Assembly: GCA_043803945.1 (NCBI GenBank)
Contig: JAZDJN010000064.1
Coordinates: forward strand, 1-64,000
Origin: a bacterium
Lineage (GTDB): Bacteria; Bacteroidota; Ignavibacteria; UBA10030
Direction of reading: 5' to 3'
DNA: 64,000 bases
Numbering within the stretch: position 1 is the first letter of the stretch; each line of letters begins with the position of its first letter. Made by a program: the position numbers and the translations under genes. The notes under the pieces are model-generated. The model saw only the letters and a list, made by a program, of their open reading frames with translations, made no database searches and had not been told where the DNA came from. This document shows, in pieces, positions 9,321-19,207 of this stretch.

Positions 9321-9884
9321 ATGGGTCAAATGTTGTTGGTTCTGGGAGCTTTTGCCATGCTCTCAACGATTGCCCTGAGCATCAATGGCATGATGATAGG
9401 CTCCATGCAGCTCGGCATCGAAATGGAAGCCACGATGAATGCCGTCTCTATCGGCCAAAGCCTGATGGATGAAATTATGGCAAAAGATTTTGACGAAAAC
9501 GCTATAGGAAGCACGCGTATGTATGCAACCTCAGAAGCCACCGCTGCTGGTTCATTCGGCATCGAATCCGGAGAAAGTTGTTCCGGTGCCGGCGGGGTTG
9601 GGTACGATACAACATTTGCATCTCTTACTAAGTTCGACGACGTCGATGACTATCACCATTATATTCGATGGGTGCGGGACTCACGCCTCGGATGGTTCGT
9701 CGATTCTGTCACCATCGCCTATGTCAATGAAACAACTCCTACAACATCCTCTGGCTCACAAACATTTTTCAAAACCATTACTATTTCTGTGACAAACGAT
9801 AATATGCCAAAACAGCTCAACAATCTTACCCATGTTCAGCCGTATTACGTTCGAGATATTTCCATCTACCGGCGGTACTTTTAA
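9321..9884 (+). CDS. Minor pilin/pseudopilin-like protein (MshD/PilV-like)
   Basis: N-terminal hydrophobic helix; GQSLMDEIMAKDFDE, FDDVDDYH and KTITISV resemble MshD-type pilins. Confidence 0.6.
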   Translation: MGQMLLVLGAFAMLSTIALSINGMMIGSMQLGIEMEATMNAVSIGQSLMDEIMAKDFDENAIGSTRMYATSEATAAGSFGIESGESCSGAGGVGYDTTFASLTKFDDVDDYHHYIRWVRDSRLGWFVDSVTIAYVNETTPTTSSGSQTFFKTITISVTNDNMPKQLNNLTHVQPYYVRDISIYRRYF

Positions 9885-9899
9885 AGGAGGGATAAGGCA

Positions 9900-10499
9900 A
9901 TGCAAGGAATGCTCGATATCATCGGCTCGATGCTCATTTTCGGAGTTCTCATTTTGACCGTGGCACGGGTTCAGCAAAATTTGAACACAACGCTTTACCA
10001 GTCAACGTTTAATATTCAGACACAGCGCAATGCTATCGAATTGGCAAAGCAAATCGAGTTCGAATTTACAAAAATTGGCTATAGGGTAACCAGCAACCAG
10101 TTGGTCTATGCAGATTCTAATCGGATCATTTTCAAAGGCGATATAAGAAACACCGGACAAGTCGATTCTATCCGCTATTCAAAGGGTACAACCTCGCTGG
10201 CAACGTCTTCTACCAATCCCCGCGACTTTCCATTAATACGCCGTTCCAAAGTGAGCAACGATTCGCTGGTCCAGCATTTTGGTATTACGCGGTTATCATT
10301 CGCGTATTACGACTCCACAAATACAGCTATGACTACGCCGGTATCATCCGGCCTGATGATCAATGTTCGGGCAATTAATGTTGCATTTCGGGTGGAGAGT
10401 TTTGAATCCGTTTACGACCCGGTCTCCGGCGACACAACATGGTTCGCTGTGAACTGGCAAAAAAGAATTTATCCAAGAAACTTAAGCAATTACAGGTGA
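9900..10499 (+). CDS. Minor pilin-like protein (PilW-like)
   Basis: G-MLDIIGS hydrophobic N-terminus, EFTKIGY, LSFAYYD, and a C-terminal IYPRNL typical of PilW-like proteins. Confidence 0.6.
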   Translation: MQGMLDIIGSMLIFGVLILTVARVQQNLNTTLYQSTFNIQTQRNAIELAKQIEFEFTKIGYRVTSNQLVYADSNRIIFKGDIRNTGQVDSIRYSKGTTSLATSSTNPRDFPLIRRSKVSNDSLVQHFGITRLSFAYYDSTNTAMTTPVSSGLMINVRAINVAFRVESFESVYDPVSGDTTWFAVNWQKRIYPRNLSNYR

Positions 10500-10502
10500 G
10501 AT

Positions 10503-11537
10503 ATGGGACGTTCAGCGATGTTTCTGGTGATGGGGCTCGGTATGGCCCTTGCAATGATAGGCTTCAACATCAATAAGACAGGGAGCCAGGCTGTTGAGGT
10601 ACAGATGGGGTATATGAAATATGCCAATGCCCGCAACCTTGCCAATACTGCTGTACACGCAGGGCTTCGAGCGCTCGACCGGGGAAATGGCATGCCTCTC
10701 ACAGCTGTTTCATATAACAGCGGAACGTATATAGTAACCGACACATCCTCAAATGTTGATACGCTCTTTATAAATACACGAGGTACCTACGCTGAATCGA
10801 CGTACACGATGAGATTAAAGCTGTTCTTCGATACCAAACCATTTCCCATGCCGAATGCTGCTATCGGTATCAGAGCAACTCCGGTCAGCTTTTCCATGAC
10901 CGGTGCCGGCTGCGAAGTGAACGGGAATAACTGGACAGCCGATGGAAGCGCTCTTACTGGCTCCGGCAATTTACCCGGTGTTACGACGATGACAGCAGCC
11001 GATTCTTCAACGGTTTATGCTGCAGGCTCAGGTCGTATTAATGGAACTGTTGCAGTGGCGAAAGACACCAACACACCCAACCCTGGAACTTACATTAATG
11101 AGTACATCGCAAACGCAGATTACACGTTTTCGACTGGTACAGTATCTGGAAACCAGACATTCGGCAGCGCCTCAAATCCCGTCATTGTTGTTTGTGATTC
11201 GCCTGCCGATACAAATTTCAGAATCAGGTTTAGTGGAAATGTGACCGGCTATGGTATTCTGGCGGTTCGCGGGTCTCTTCAGGTTGGCGGTACGTTTGAA
11301 TGGTTCGGCCTTGTTGTCTGCTTTGGAGAGTCCAACACCGTCGACTTTGGCGGTAACGGCACGCCATCTATTGTCGGAGGATTGATTGTCGCTCAACCCG
11401 GCGCTGGATCTGCGTCGCTGCAGCTAAAAGGTTCAGGCAATAGGGGAAAAGTTAAATACAGCAGTGCGGCTATCCGCAACGCCCGCAACATTGGCAAGCT
11501 GAAATACTACCGGGTATTAAGCTGGTACGAGCAATAG
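10503..11537 (+). CDS. PilX-N-terminal-like minor pilin/adhesin
   Basis: SAMFLVM hydrophobic start, ARNLANTAV..GL, a GILAVRGSL/FEWFGLV beta-rich region and terminal SWYE. Confidence 0.6.
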   Translation: MGRSAMFLVMGLGMALAMIGFNINKTGSQAVEVQMGYMKYANARNLANTAVHAGLRALDRGNGMPLTAVSYNSGTYIVTDTSSNVDTLFINTRGTYAESTYTMRLKLFFDTKPFPMPNAAIGIRATPVSFSMTGAGCEVNGNNWTADGSALTGSGNLPGVTTMTAADSSTVYAAGSGRINGTVAVAKDTNTPNPGTYINEYIANADYTFSTGTVSGNQTFGSASNPVIVVCDSPADTNFRIRFSGNVTGYGILAVRGSLQVGGTFEWFGLVVCFGESNTVDFGGNGTPSIVGGLIVAQPGAGSASLQLKGSGNRGKVKYSSAAIRNARNIGKLKYYRVLSWYEQ

Positions 11538-11648
11538 AAGACTCTCCATAACTCTTCCAAAATTATAACGGCATTTCACCTGAGATGCCGCTTCATTGTA
11601 CAGGTCCTTCACAGGATTGTTACATCGTATTTGGAATCTATCGCAGAG

Positions 11649-12100
11649 TAGATCCCCCGCCTTCGCTACGCTCTGGCGGGCAGGCCGACAATAGCATTCG
11701 GAGAACACTGATATGTGGTTAGGAGAATAACAAGAAAAGGACAGTGATCCCAAAATGTTTACCCGCCGAAATGTTTTCTATGAAGGCGGGATTCTATTTG
11801 GGATCTGCTATACGGTGATGAGCTCTACCGCATGATAGATCCCCGATAAAAGCAATCGGGGAACACTAGGGGTACTCAGTGTAAAAAGAAGGATAGCGTT
11901 TCCAGCATGTCTCTGGCTGGAATCTGTAAAACGGAACCAGAGCTTCTATAAAGCAGATCCCCCCGATAAAAAGCATCGGGGCAGGCCGATAAAAGCAATC
12001 GGGGAACACCCGTGGGTGGAAAAAAGGAAAATCAGTGATCCCAAAGTGTTCACCCGTCGTAATGTTTTCTATGAAGGCGGGAATCTATTTGGGATCTGCT
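11649..12100. repeat. BIME-like array of alternating 30-nt REP arms with hairpin insertions
   Basis: Repeated AGATCCCCGAYAAAAGCAWTCGGGGAACAC and its inverted variants. About 270 nt is nearly identical to 22301-22572. Confidence 0.85.
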
Positions 12101-12154
12101 AAGTGGAATTGAATGACTCTACCTGTTCTAGTTCAACCTGGCTGAGTAAATATA

Positions 12155-12868
12155 TTATCTTTTCATCAGGGCTTTCATCTCCCTCACAGCACAGTTCAAC
12201 CCTACATGCACAGCATACGAGATTATCGCATGGCCGATGCTGAGCTCATCGATTTCTTTCAGGGCAGCGATACGCTTTACATTGACATAGTTAATCCCGT
12301 GTCCGGCATTTACACCCAGCCCGATCGATTTTGCATGTTGAGCAGCAACCGCGATGCGTTTGAGTTCACGAGCGTTTTCCCGGGACGTTGTTGCGTTGGC
12401 ATACTCACCGGTATGAATTTCAATCATATCGGTGCCGATCTCTTTTGAAATTTCCACATTCTCTTTCGTCGGGTCAATGAACAGGCTGACAGCAATAGCA
12501 TGCCGGTGAAAATGGTTAATGACCTGTTCAAGGCGGCGTTTCTGCTTTCTAACATCGAGCCCCCCTTCTGTTGTCAACTCCTGCCGGTGTTCAGGCACCA
12601 GCGTAACAAGGTCGGGAACAAGATCAACGGCAATATCAACAATCTCATCGGTGGTTGCCATTTCAAGATCGAGTTTTGTCGTAATATTCTTCCGTAAGGC
12701 AAAGACATCCTCATCCCGGATATGGCGCCGGTCTTCGCGCAAATGACAGACAATCCCTTTCGCTCCGGCCTGTTCGCACAGCAACGCTGCCTTCAGGGGA
12801 TCCGGCTCAATGCCGCCGCGGGCGTTGCGGAGCGTGGCAATATGATCGATATTAATGGCTAAACGCAT
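12155..12868 (-). CDS. pdxJ: Pyridoxine 5'-phosphate synthase
   Basis: LAINIDHIATLRNAR, HLREDRRHI, TTEGGL, NAGHG, SIGHAI. Confidence 0.97.
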   Translation of the reverse strand: MRLAINIDHIATLRNARGGIEPDPLKAALLCEQAGAKGIVCHLREDRRHIRDEDVFALRKNITTKLDLEMATTDEIVDIAVDLVPDLVTLVPEHRQELTTEGGLDVRKQKRRLEQVINHFHRHAIAVSLFIDPTKENVEISKEIGTDMIEIHTGEYANATTSRENARELKRIAVAAQHAKSIGLGVNAGHGINYVNVKRIAALKEIDELSIGHAIISYAVHVGLNCAVREMKALMKR

Positions 12869-12952
12869 AGCTTTCTCTTGTTTAATTGATCCTAGAGTTC
12901 ACCGTAGAATATACTAAACACTTTTCTTGATTGCACAATTTTTGAAGAAATG

Positions 12953-13330
12953 TGTCTCACCCAGGTAAGCGGGTGCCCGGTGACTTACCTTCTGATTCCT
13001 TTCCTTTTTCAAAGTCACTGGATCCCCACTTTCGTGGGGATGACAATATCCTTTTTTTTATGGAATGGTCAGGGGGCCGAGGGAAACAATTTCTTAAATA
13101 TATACGCATGCTTCCACCTCCGGCGTGGAAGCGTTTCCCAGCGAAAAGAATAATATGTCTCACCCGCGAATGCGGGTGTCCAGTGCCTTAAACAATAACC
13201 AACCGAATTAAGAAGGTGCTGGGTGCTGGGTTCTCGCTTCCGCGAGAACGACATTCTTTATTTTCTTCGTAGTCCTGCCGCCCGTCTGAACGACATCCGT
13301 CGGGCAGGCTTTCGTGAAAATGACAATATC
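12953..13330. repeat. Cluster of paired TGTC-ended REP-like palindromes
   Basis: TGTCTCACCCGCGAATGCGGGTGTCCAG and CTGGATCCCCACTTTCGTGGGGATGACA type arms in head-to-tail pairs. A related arm is at ~6238-6263. Confidence 0.75.
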
Positions 13331-13450
13331 CTTTTTGGGCAGTAGAATGGACAAGAAAACACAGGATAAAAGATATCTTCCATTGAAACTTTATTTATAG
13401 AATGGGCGTATTTTTAACTGAGATACCACTCATTCCCCACGAGGCACATT

Positions 13451-15142
13451 ATGAAAAACTATATAAAATTTTTACTCTCCGCTGCCCTGTTCCTGATGGC
13501 AGTGGTCGTTGTTCAGGGCCAGGAGCGCAAACGCACGACAACCCGGACGCAAGAAGAGAGTCTCGGCGAACGGATTAATTCCATGGTGAACGATTTTATG
13601 GAATCGATCGACCGTGAACTTTCCTTCAGGACTCCCCGGCAGGATTATATCTTCTCCGCCGATACCCTCGAAAAACGGCGCATAAAAAAACGAACCATCG
13701 ATGAAGAGCTCCTCGAGGATGAGAAAGCAATCACCAAAGAGGGCAATACGACGGTGGAAAAAGGCGATACGGTGAAATCCAGCCTTGTCGTCAAAGCAGG
13801 AACGCTGACTATTTATGGCGTGGTAGAAGGCGATGTCATGGTGGTGGGTGGCGATCTGTACGTCAAAGAAGACGGCAAGGTAACCGGGAATGCAAAAGTC
13901 ATCCGCGGTTCCATTGTCTGTACGGATGGCGGAACCATTGATGGCTATATGGATCAATCCTCGGGCCCTTCCTACACTCACCGGGATACAGAGAAAGAGT
14001 TCAGCCGTTCTTCGTACCGGCTGCAGCTTCCCTGGCGCGATGAATTTACCAACCTCGATAACGTGATCTTCAGATATAATAGAGTAGAAGGAATCTTCCT
14101 GGGGCTCGGTTCGGAGAAGCGTTATTACTGGGATGATCCTGCACGGACACATCTCTATGGCTCGGTTGGCTGGGGATTCAAATCGCATCGTTGGAGATAT
14201 AATTTGGGATTGAGCCAGCAATTCAGCATTGGCGATGGGCAGATTTTCGAAGTGGGAGCCGAGGGGCACAGTTTCACCGATACGAAAGACAAGTGGATTA
14301 TCAGTCTGAACGAGAACACGGCTGCCGCACTTTTGATTCATGAAGATTACCGGGATTACTTCGGACGGCAGGGATTCGGCGTGAACACGGGATTCGCGTT
14401 TCAACAGGAAGGAATCTCCGGCCAATTGAAAGCAGAGTATTTGCTTGACGAGTACACCTCTCTGACGAACCGAACAGAATGGTCGATCTTCGGCGGGAAG
14501 AAGGTCTTCCGACCTAATCCGGCAATTCACGATGGAAAAATCGGCAGTGTACTGGTCACCGGCGGCTTCAGCACGGAACAGAAATCAATCTATGGCCCGA
14601 AGGGCTGGAATGTCTATGCCACGGCCGAGTTTGCCAATCAAGACCTCGGCGGTTCCTTAGATTTCCACCAGTACGTTCTTGACATGCGCCGCTATCAACC
14701 GCTGAGCACAAACAACAACTTCAATATCAGATTCCGTGTCGGTTCTGCCGAAGGCGTGCTGCCTGCCCAGAAAATATTCGAACTCGGCGGATTGAGCTCG
14801 CTTCATGCTTTCCCCTACAAAGCAGAGGCGGGCAACCGGATGATTCTCGTGAACGCTGAATTTATTACCGACCTTGAAGTTCTCAGTGAACTCTCCTTCT
14901 GGCCCGATGGGCTGCTGGGGGGCATTAATCTGCTGGTGTTAACAGATGCCGGAATAATCCGCAACGTACCGACAGACGGATACCTGACCAGCGGATTTGA
15001 GAAGATCACCTTCTCCGAATTTAAGCACGATGTCGGTGTCGGTATTGCCAATCAAAGCGGCACCTTCCGAATAGCGTTCGTATGGAGAACAGATATCCGC
15101 GAACCGGCAAAGTTCATCTTCAGATTTTCACGGCCATTCTAA
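13451..15142 (+). CDS. BamA/TamA-like outer-membrane protein with an N-terminal polymer-forming (bactofilin-like) repeat region
   Basis: Signal peptide, GDVMVVGGDL..GKVTGNA repeats, RYNRVEG, FELGGLSSL, terminal RPF. Confidence 0.65.
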   Translation: MKNYIKFLLSAALFLMAVVVVQGQERKRTTTRTQEESLGERINSMVNDFMESIDRELSFRTPRQDYIFSADTLEKRRIKKRTIDEELLEDEKAITKEGNTTVEKGDTVKSSLVVKAGTLTIYGVVEGDVMVVGGDLYVKEDGKVTGNAKVIRGSIVCTDGGTIDGYMDQSSGPSYTHRDTEKEFSRSSYRLQLPWRDEFTNLDNVIFRYNRVEGIFLGLGSEKRYYWDDPARTHLYGSVGWGFKSHRWRYNLGLSQQFSIGDGQIFEVGAEGHSFTDTKDKWIISLNENTAAALLIHEDYRDYFGRQGFGVNTGFAFQQEGISGQLKAEYLLDEYTSLTNRTEWSIFGGKKVFRPNPAIHDGKIGSVLVTGGFSTEQKSIYGPKGWNVYATAEFANQDLGGSLDFHQYVLDMRRYQPLSTNNNFNIRFRVGSAEGVLPAQKIFELGGLSSLHAFPYKAEAGNRMILVNAEFITDLEVLSELSFWPDGLLGGINLLVLTDAGIIRNVPTDGYLTSGFEKITFSEFKHDVGVGIANQSGTFRIAFVWRTDIREPAKFIFRFSRPF

Positions 15143-15167
15143 GAACCACACCATTGTTTGTACTTCG

Positions 15168-15200
15168 CAAAGAGCGGCCCCCGGGTCGCTCTTTGTTTTT
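15168..15200 (+). terminator. Rho-independent terminator
   Basis: CAAAGAGCGGCCC-CC-GGGTCGCTCTTTG followed by a T-run. Confidence 0.8.
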
Positions 15201-15274
15201 CTGTGCAGGTTAAAAGAAAACGCAGTATCTTTCCGGGGAAAATTTTTCCACACCAAACAATGCGCAGAGAACCT

Positions 15275-16456
15275 ATGATCGAGAAGACCTATGGAGAAGT
15301 GAGCCGGGAGCTCTTTGAAATTTACGAAGCTTACAAAGTCCCGGAGATCACCTCACGACGGTTCACCCACAATCAGATGTTGTTATGGCTTGCTCCTCTG
15401 GAACAATCGAAGATATTTGATCAGAAAGTCGTTGGATCATCGGCGGAAGGAAGAGCAATCTCTCTCCTCTCTCTGGGCAGAGGTACAACCAAAGTCTTTC
15501 TCTGGTCGCAAATGCATGGCGATGAATCGACCGCGACGATGGCCTTGATCGATATGCTCACCTTCTTTTCACGGGCACGCGGCCATCGTGTCGTCACAAC
15601 CATCCAAGACAATCTTCGACTGCTGCTCCTTCCTATGCTCAATCCTGATGGTGCCGAGCGATTCCAGCGGCGCACTGCACAACTCATCGACATGAACAGG
15701 GACGCACTGCGGCTGTGCACGCCGGAAGCATGCATCCTTAAGAATGTGCGCGATCAGTATCAGCCGGAATTCTGTTTTAACCTCCATGACCAGGACACCC
15801 GCGGCACTGTCGGTTCAACAACGGACACCGCGGCCATTGCGTTACTCGCTCCGGCATATGATGTGCCAAAATCCGACAATGATGTTCGCGTACGGGCTAA
15901 GCGTGTTGCGGGTCTCTTCGGCGAAGTTTTGCATCAATTTATTCCCGGCCATGTTGCGCGCTACGATGATACGTTTGAACCCCGCGCCTTTGGCGACAAT
16001 ATTCAGAAATGGGGAACCAGCACGGTCCTCGTGGAATCCGGCGGTTGGACTGGAGACCGGCAAAAAATGTTTCTCAGAAAACTAAATTTTGTGGGATTGC
16101 TCTCCTCGCTCTATGCCATTGCAAGCGGAGAATATGCCTCGGCAGATTGTTCCCTCTATGAGCAGTTGCCCTTCAGTTCAAAAAATAAGTTTGATCTCAT
16201 TCTCAGAAATGTAACACTGAAACCCTCAACGGCAACACCAAGTGTTGTTGTCGATATTGCCATCAACATCGCCGAGCAGACCAATCCGGCAGACGGAACG
16301 ATTTTCGATGTCGGGACGGTCATGGATATCGGTGATCTCAGCGTCTTTGCAGGATTTGATGAACTCGACCTGACCGGCAAAACGCTCAGCCACGAGCTCA
16401 TTCAACTTGATAAAGTTCTCTCGATGGATATCCTCCAAAAAATAAAAGAAAAATAG
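15275..16456 (+). CDS. M14 family zinc carboxypeptidase
   Basis: SQMHGDES, PMLNPDG, DMNRD, NLHDQ motifs. Start placed after the terminator. Confidence 0.9.
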   Translation: MIEKTYGEVSRELFEIYEAYKVPEITSRRFTHNQMLLWLAPLEQSKIFDQKVVGSSAEGRAISLLSLGRGTTKVFLWSQMHGDESTATMALIDMLTFFSRARGHRVVTTIQDNLRLLLLPMLNPDGAERFQRRTAQLIDMNRDALRLCTPEACILKNVRDQYQPEFCFNLHDQDTRGTVGSTTDTAAIALLAPAYDVPKSDNDVRVRAKRVAGLFGEVLHQFIPGHVARYDDTFEPRAFGDNIQKWGTSTVLVESGGWTGDRQKMFLRKLNFVGLLSSLYAIASGEYASADCSLYEQLPFSSKNKFDLILRNVTLKPSTATPSVVVDIAINIAEQTNPADGTIFDVGTVMDIGDLSVFAGFDELDLTGKTLSHELIQLDKVLSMDILQKIKEK

Positions 16457-16626
16457 AGCCGCAAAGAAGCATCCTTTCCTTGCAATCATGACGTATTTTT
16501 TCTTACCTTATCCAGCGAATTACTTTCGCGGGATAGGTCAGAAAGTTCCCGGAACACCAATTTTTTTCACCGCTATTCTTACCCTTTCGATGATACACCA
16601 TCGGGGACAATAGAGGAATCCTGGAA

Positions 16627-17217
16627 ATGTCAGCCACGGGGCCGGTGCAAAACCGAGCCACACAGAAAAAACAGAGCGATTTTGAAACGGAAGCACTTCC
16701 GCATATGGATGTGCTCTACAATTTCGCGCTCCGTACAACCGGCAATAATGACGATGCTAAGGATTTGCTCCAGGAGACCTACCTCAAGGCATACCGCTTC
16801 TGGGATAAGTACGAGAAGGGAACGAACATCCGTGCGTGGCTGTTTAGAATCATGAAGAACTCCTATATCAACCGCTATCGGAAGGAAACAAAAGAACCGG
16901 ATACGGTTGACTATGATGCGATTGAAAACTTTTACCACTCCATACGATCGGAATCAACAGACCCGAATGATCTTCAGGAAAAGATTTTCGGGAACCTTCT
17001 CGGCGACGAAGTTGCGAAAGCGTTGGAAAGCCTTCCGGACGATTTCCGCACTGTCGTAATTCTCTCCGACATCGAAGGTCTGACGTACGAAGAAATTGCA
17101 GAATTTGTCGAATGCCCCATCGGCACCGTCCGGTCAAGACTCCATCGGGGAAGAAAATTGCTGCAGGCAAAGCTTTATGCCTATGCCAAGAAGCAAGGTT
17201 TGATTCATACCGACTAA
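16627..17217 (+). CDS. ECF sigma-70 factor (RpoE-like)
   Basis: DAKDLLQETYLKA, AWLFRI, YEEIA..CPIGTVRSRLHRGR. Confidence 0.93.
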   Translation: MSATGPVQNRATQKKQSDFETEALPHMDVLYNFALRTTGNNDDAKDLLQETYLKAYRFWDKYEKGTNIRAWLFRIMKNSYINRYRKETKEPDTVDYDAIENFYHSIRSESTDPNDLQEKIFGNLLGDEVAKALESLPDDFRTVVILSDIEGLTYEEIAEFVECPIGTVRSRLHRGRKLLQAKLYAYAKKQGLIHTD

Positions 17218-17257
17218 TACGGGCACTGTTCAGCCTGTGTATCTTCCATGAAAACGT

Positions 17258-17497
17258 ATGTTAACTTGTAACGAAATACGGTACTATGCCGGCGACGCCA
17301 TCGACCGCGTTATCTCCAAAGAGATTGAGTCGGATTTTTTCAACCATCTCTTTCTCTGTCACCCTTGCCTGACGGAGTATGAACTGGAGAAGCTGACCAA
17401 ATCGTTCGTCCATGCTTCACTTCACCCGGTTGAAGTTCCACCGGAGGTCAAGAGACTGGTGATCACTCTCTTACATCGCGAATATCACACCATCTAA
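17258..17497 (+). CDS. Zinc-finger anti-sigma factor (zf-HC2/ZAS)
   Basis: C..HLFLCHPC (HxxxCxxC) directly after the ECF sigma gene. Confidence 0.8.
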   Translation: MLTCNEIRYYAGDAIDRVISKEIESDFFNHLFLCHPCLTEYELEKLTKSFVHASLHPVEVPPEVKRLVITLLHREYHTI

Positions 17498-17689
17498 AAG
17501 CTTTGAAGAAAGTCTAACCGCGAAGGACACACCTGCCCGACTACGCCGTTCAGGCGGGCCACATGCCGGGCTAGGGCGAACTTTTCAGCCAGAGGTCGAT
17601 AGACTTCGATAGAGTCTAACGGACTCTATCGAGCTGATGCGCCTTTGGTGCAGCGGTATAATTCTTAACCTGTACTTTTTGCCGAGTCT

Positions 17690-18400
17690 CTATGTTCCCG
17701 AAAATAACCGATGAGCCAGGAGCGGGGGTAATTCAGCATTCAGGATCTTTTCAGCTGCGGCAGCACGATCAAAATCAGCACGGATTTGTTCATAAACCCA
17801 CGATGTCGTATCGAAGAGGCCGAAGCTGAGTAACGGGTTGCGATCGCGGGGCTGGCCGACACTGCCGACGTTCACCAGGTACCGGTCTCCTCGTGATACA
17901 ACATTCGACTGCCGGGATTCTGAAAACACTTCCGGTGTGTGCGAGTGTCCGATAAAACAGATCTCCTCGGAGAAATGCCGAAAGGCGCGCCTTGCATCCA
18001 CATCGCTGAAGATATAGTCCCACTCCTCCGGATTGCAGGGAGACGCGTGGACAAAAAGTATGTCTTCTCTCGAGTGTGTCAGCGGCAGCGTTTCGAGGAA
18101 TTGCTTATGTTCTGCCGTCAGTTGACGATTCGTCCAGACGGCAGCAATACGGGCATTCATTGTAAACTGCTCTGTGACCGAGAGATCGATGGCGGCAAGA
18201 TCATGGTTTCCCAGGAGGATTGTGCTGCAGCGTGATCGCACAAGATTTAAACATTCATTGGGATTAGCGCCGTACCCGACAACATCGCCAAGACAAATCA
18301 CCTCATCAACCGATCGGGTGTCGATTATCTCGAAGGCTGTTGTGAGAGCCTCCAGGTTGCTGTGAATATCCGAAAGTATTGCCAGATGCATTCGATTCAC
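17690..18400 (-). CDS. Metallophosphoesterase
   Basis: SDIHSN, LGDVVGYG, GNHD, GHSH, NVGSVGQPRD. Confidence 0.92.
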   Translation of the reverse strand: MNRMHLAILSDIHSNLEALTTAFEIIDTRSVDEVICLGDVVGYGANPNECLNLVRSRCSTILLGNHDLAAIDLSVTEQFTMNARIAAVWTNRQLTAEHKQFLETLPLTHSREDILFVHASPCNPEEWDYIFSDVDARRAFRHFSEEICFIGHSHTPEVFSESRQSNVVSRGDRYLVNVGSVGQPRDRNPLLSFGLFDTTSWVYEQIRADFDRAAAAEKILNAELPPLLAHRLFSGT

Positions 18401-18437
18401 CTCTCAGATGAGCGGTAGCGTGTATGCCGCATTATTG

Positions 18438-18893
18438 TTATATCGGTTCTTCCGGAATAAGAATCTGATCGAGATGATGGTTGAGGTGTTCGACATATTC
18501 TTTCAAGAGTATATCAAATGTTATCGGTTCGTTTTGCCCGACGAAACAGACACTTCCAAGCTTCTTGTCTGGAATTTGATGAAGCACATGGATCAGGTGA
18601 AGATTATAGTGATGCCAAAACTGCACCAGTTGCTCCCATCGCTCAGATTGATAATTCTGGGTGGCCACCCATACCTCTTGATCGTAATCAGGCATGCGCA
18701 GTTCGCTGCTCAACTGGATCCTCACAAACCGCTGGTGATTATTGCTTGCGGAATCAATCAGGTGGCCCAGAATCTCTTTCTTCGACCATTTGCCCGGTAC
18801 TCTGTGTTCGCCGGCATCCCGTTCCGTCAATTTCTGCAATTGCGGTACGGTCTGACGCACCGTTGCAGAGAGTTCATCGATAATATCACGCAT
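18438..18893 (-). CDS. DinB family protein
   Basis: GKWSKKEILGHLIDSASNNHQRF, YVEHLNHHL. Confidence 0.88.
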   Translation of the reverse strand: MRDIIDELSATVRQTVPQLQKLTERDAGEHRVPGKWSKKEILGHLIDSASNNHQRFVRIQLSSELRMPDYDQEVWVATQNYQSERWEQLVQFWHHYNLHLIHVLHQIPDKKLGSVCFVGQNEPITFDILLKEYVEHLNHHLDQILIPEEPI

Positions 18894-19207
18894 AATGGAT
18901 TGCCCCTTCCACCAATTGTGCACATGCCGCGCACCGTATAAGATCAGCCACAGCAGAAGGCAGAAAAGGAGAACGGGAACAAATAGATGTTCAAGATGCG
19001 TTGGAGTTTGTAGAATCAGTAGGGTCATGCTCTTCTTGAGTTCTCCAGAATTGCCCCGTGAGCCAATAAAAGGTAGAGATTTTTACACGAGCAATCAAGA
19101 AACGGAATTTGTTTCAAATCGACCCTGGAGAGTTGACCCATCGCTGAACAACAAGTACATTCTTACAATTGTACGTTGCTGAACACATCAGGGAAAGAGA
19201 TGGAGAG

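Noticed and set aside
11649-12100. CRISPR array
   Set aside because: The repeats alternate in orientation, spacers are irregular and duplicated at a second locus, and no cas genes are present. This is REP/BIME-like.
13472-14530. Long antisense ORFs in the track
   Set aside because: They shadow well-supported genes on the opposite strand and have no motifs.
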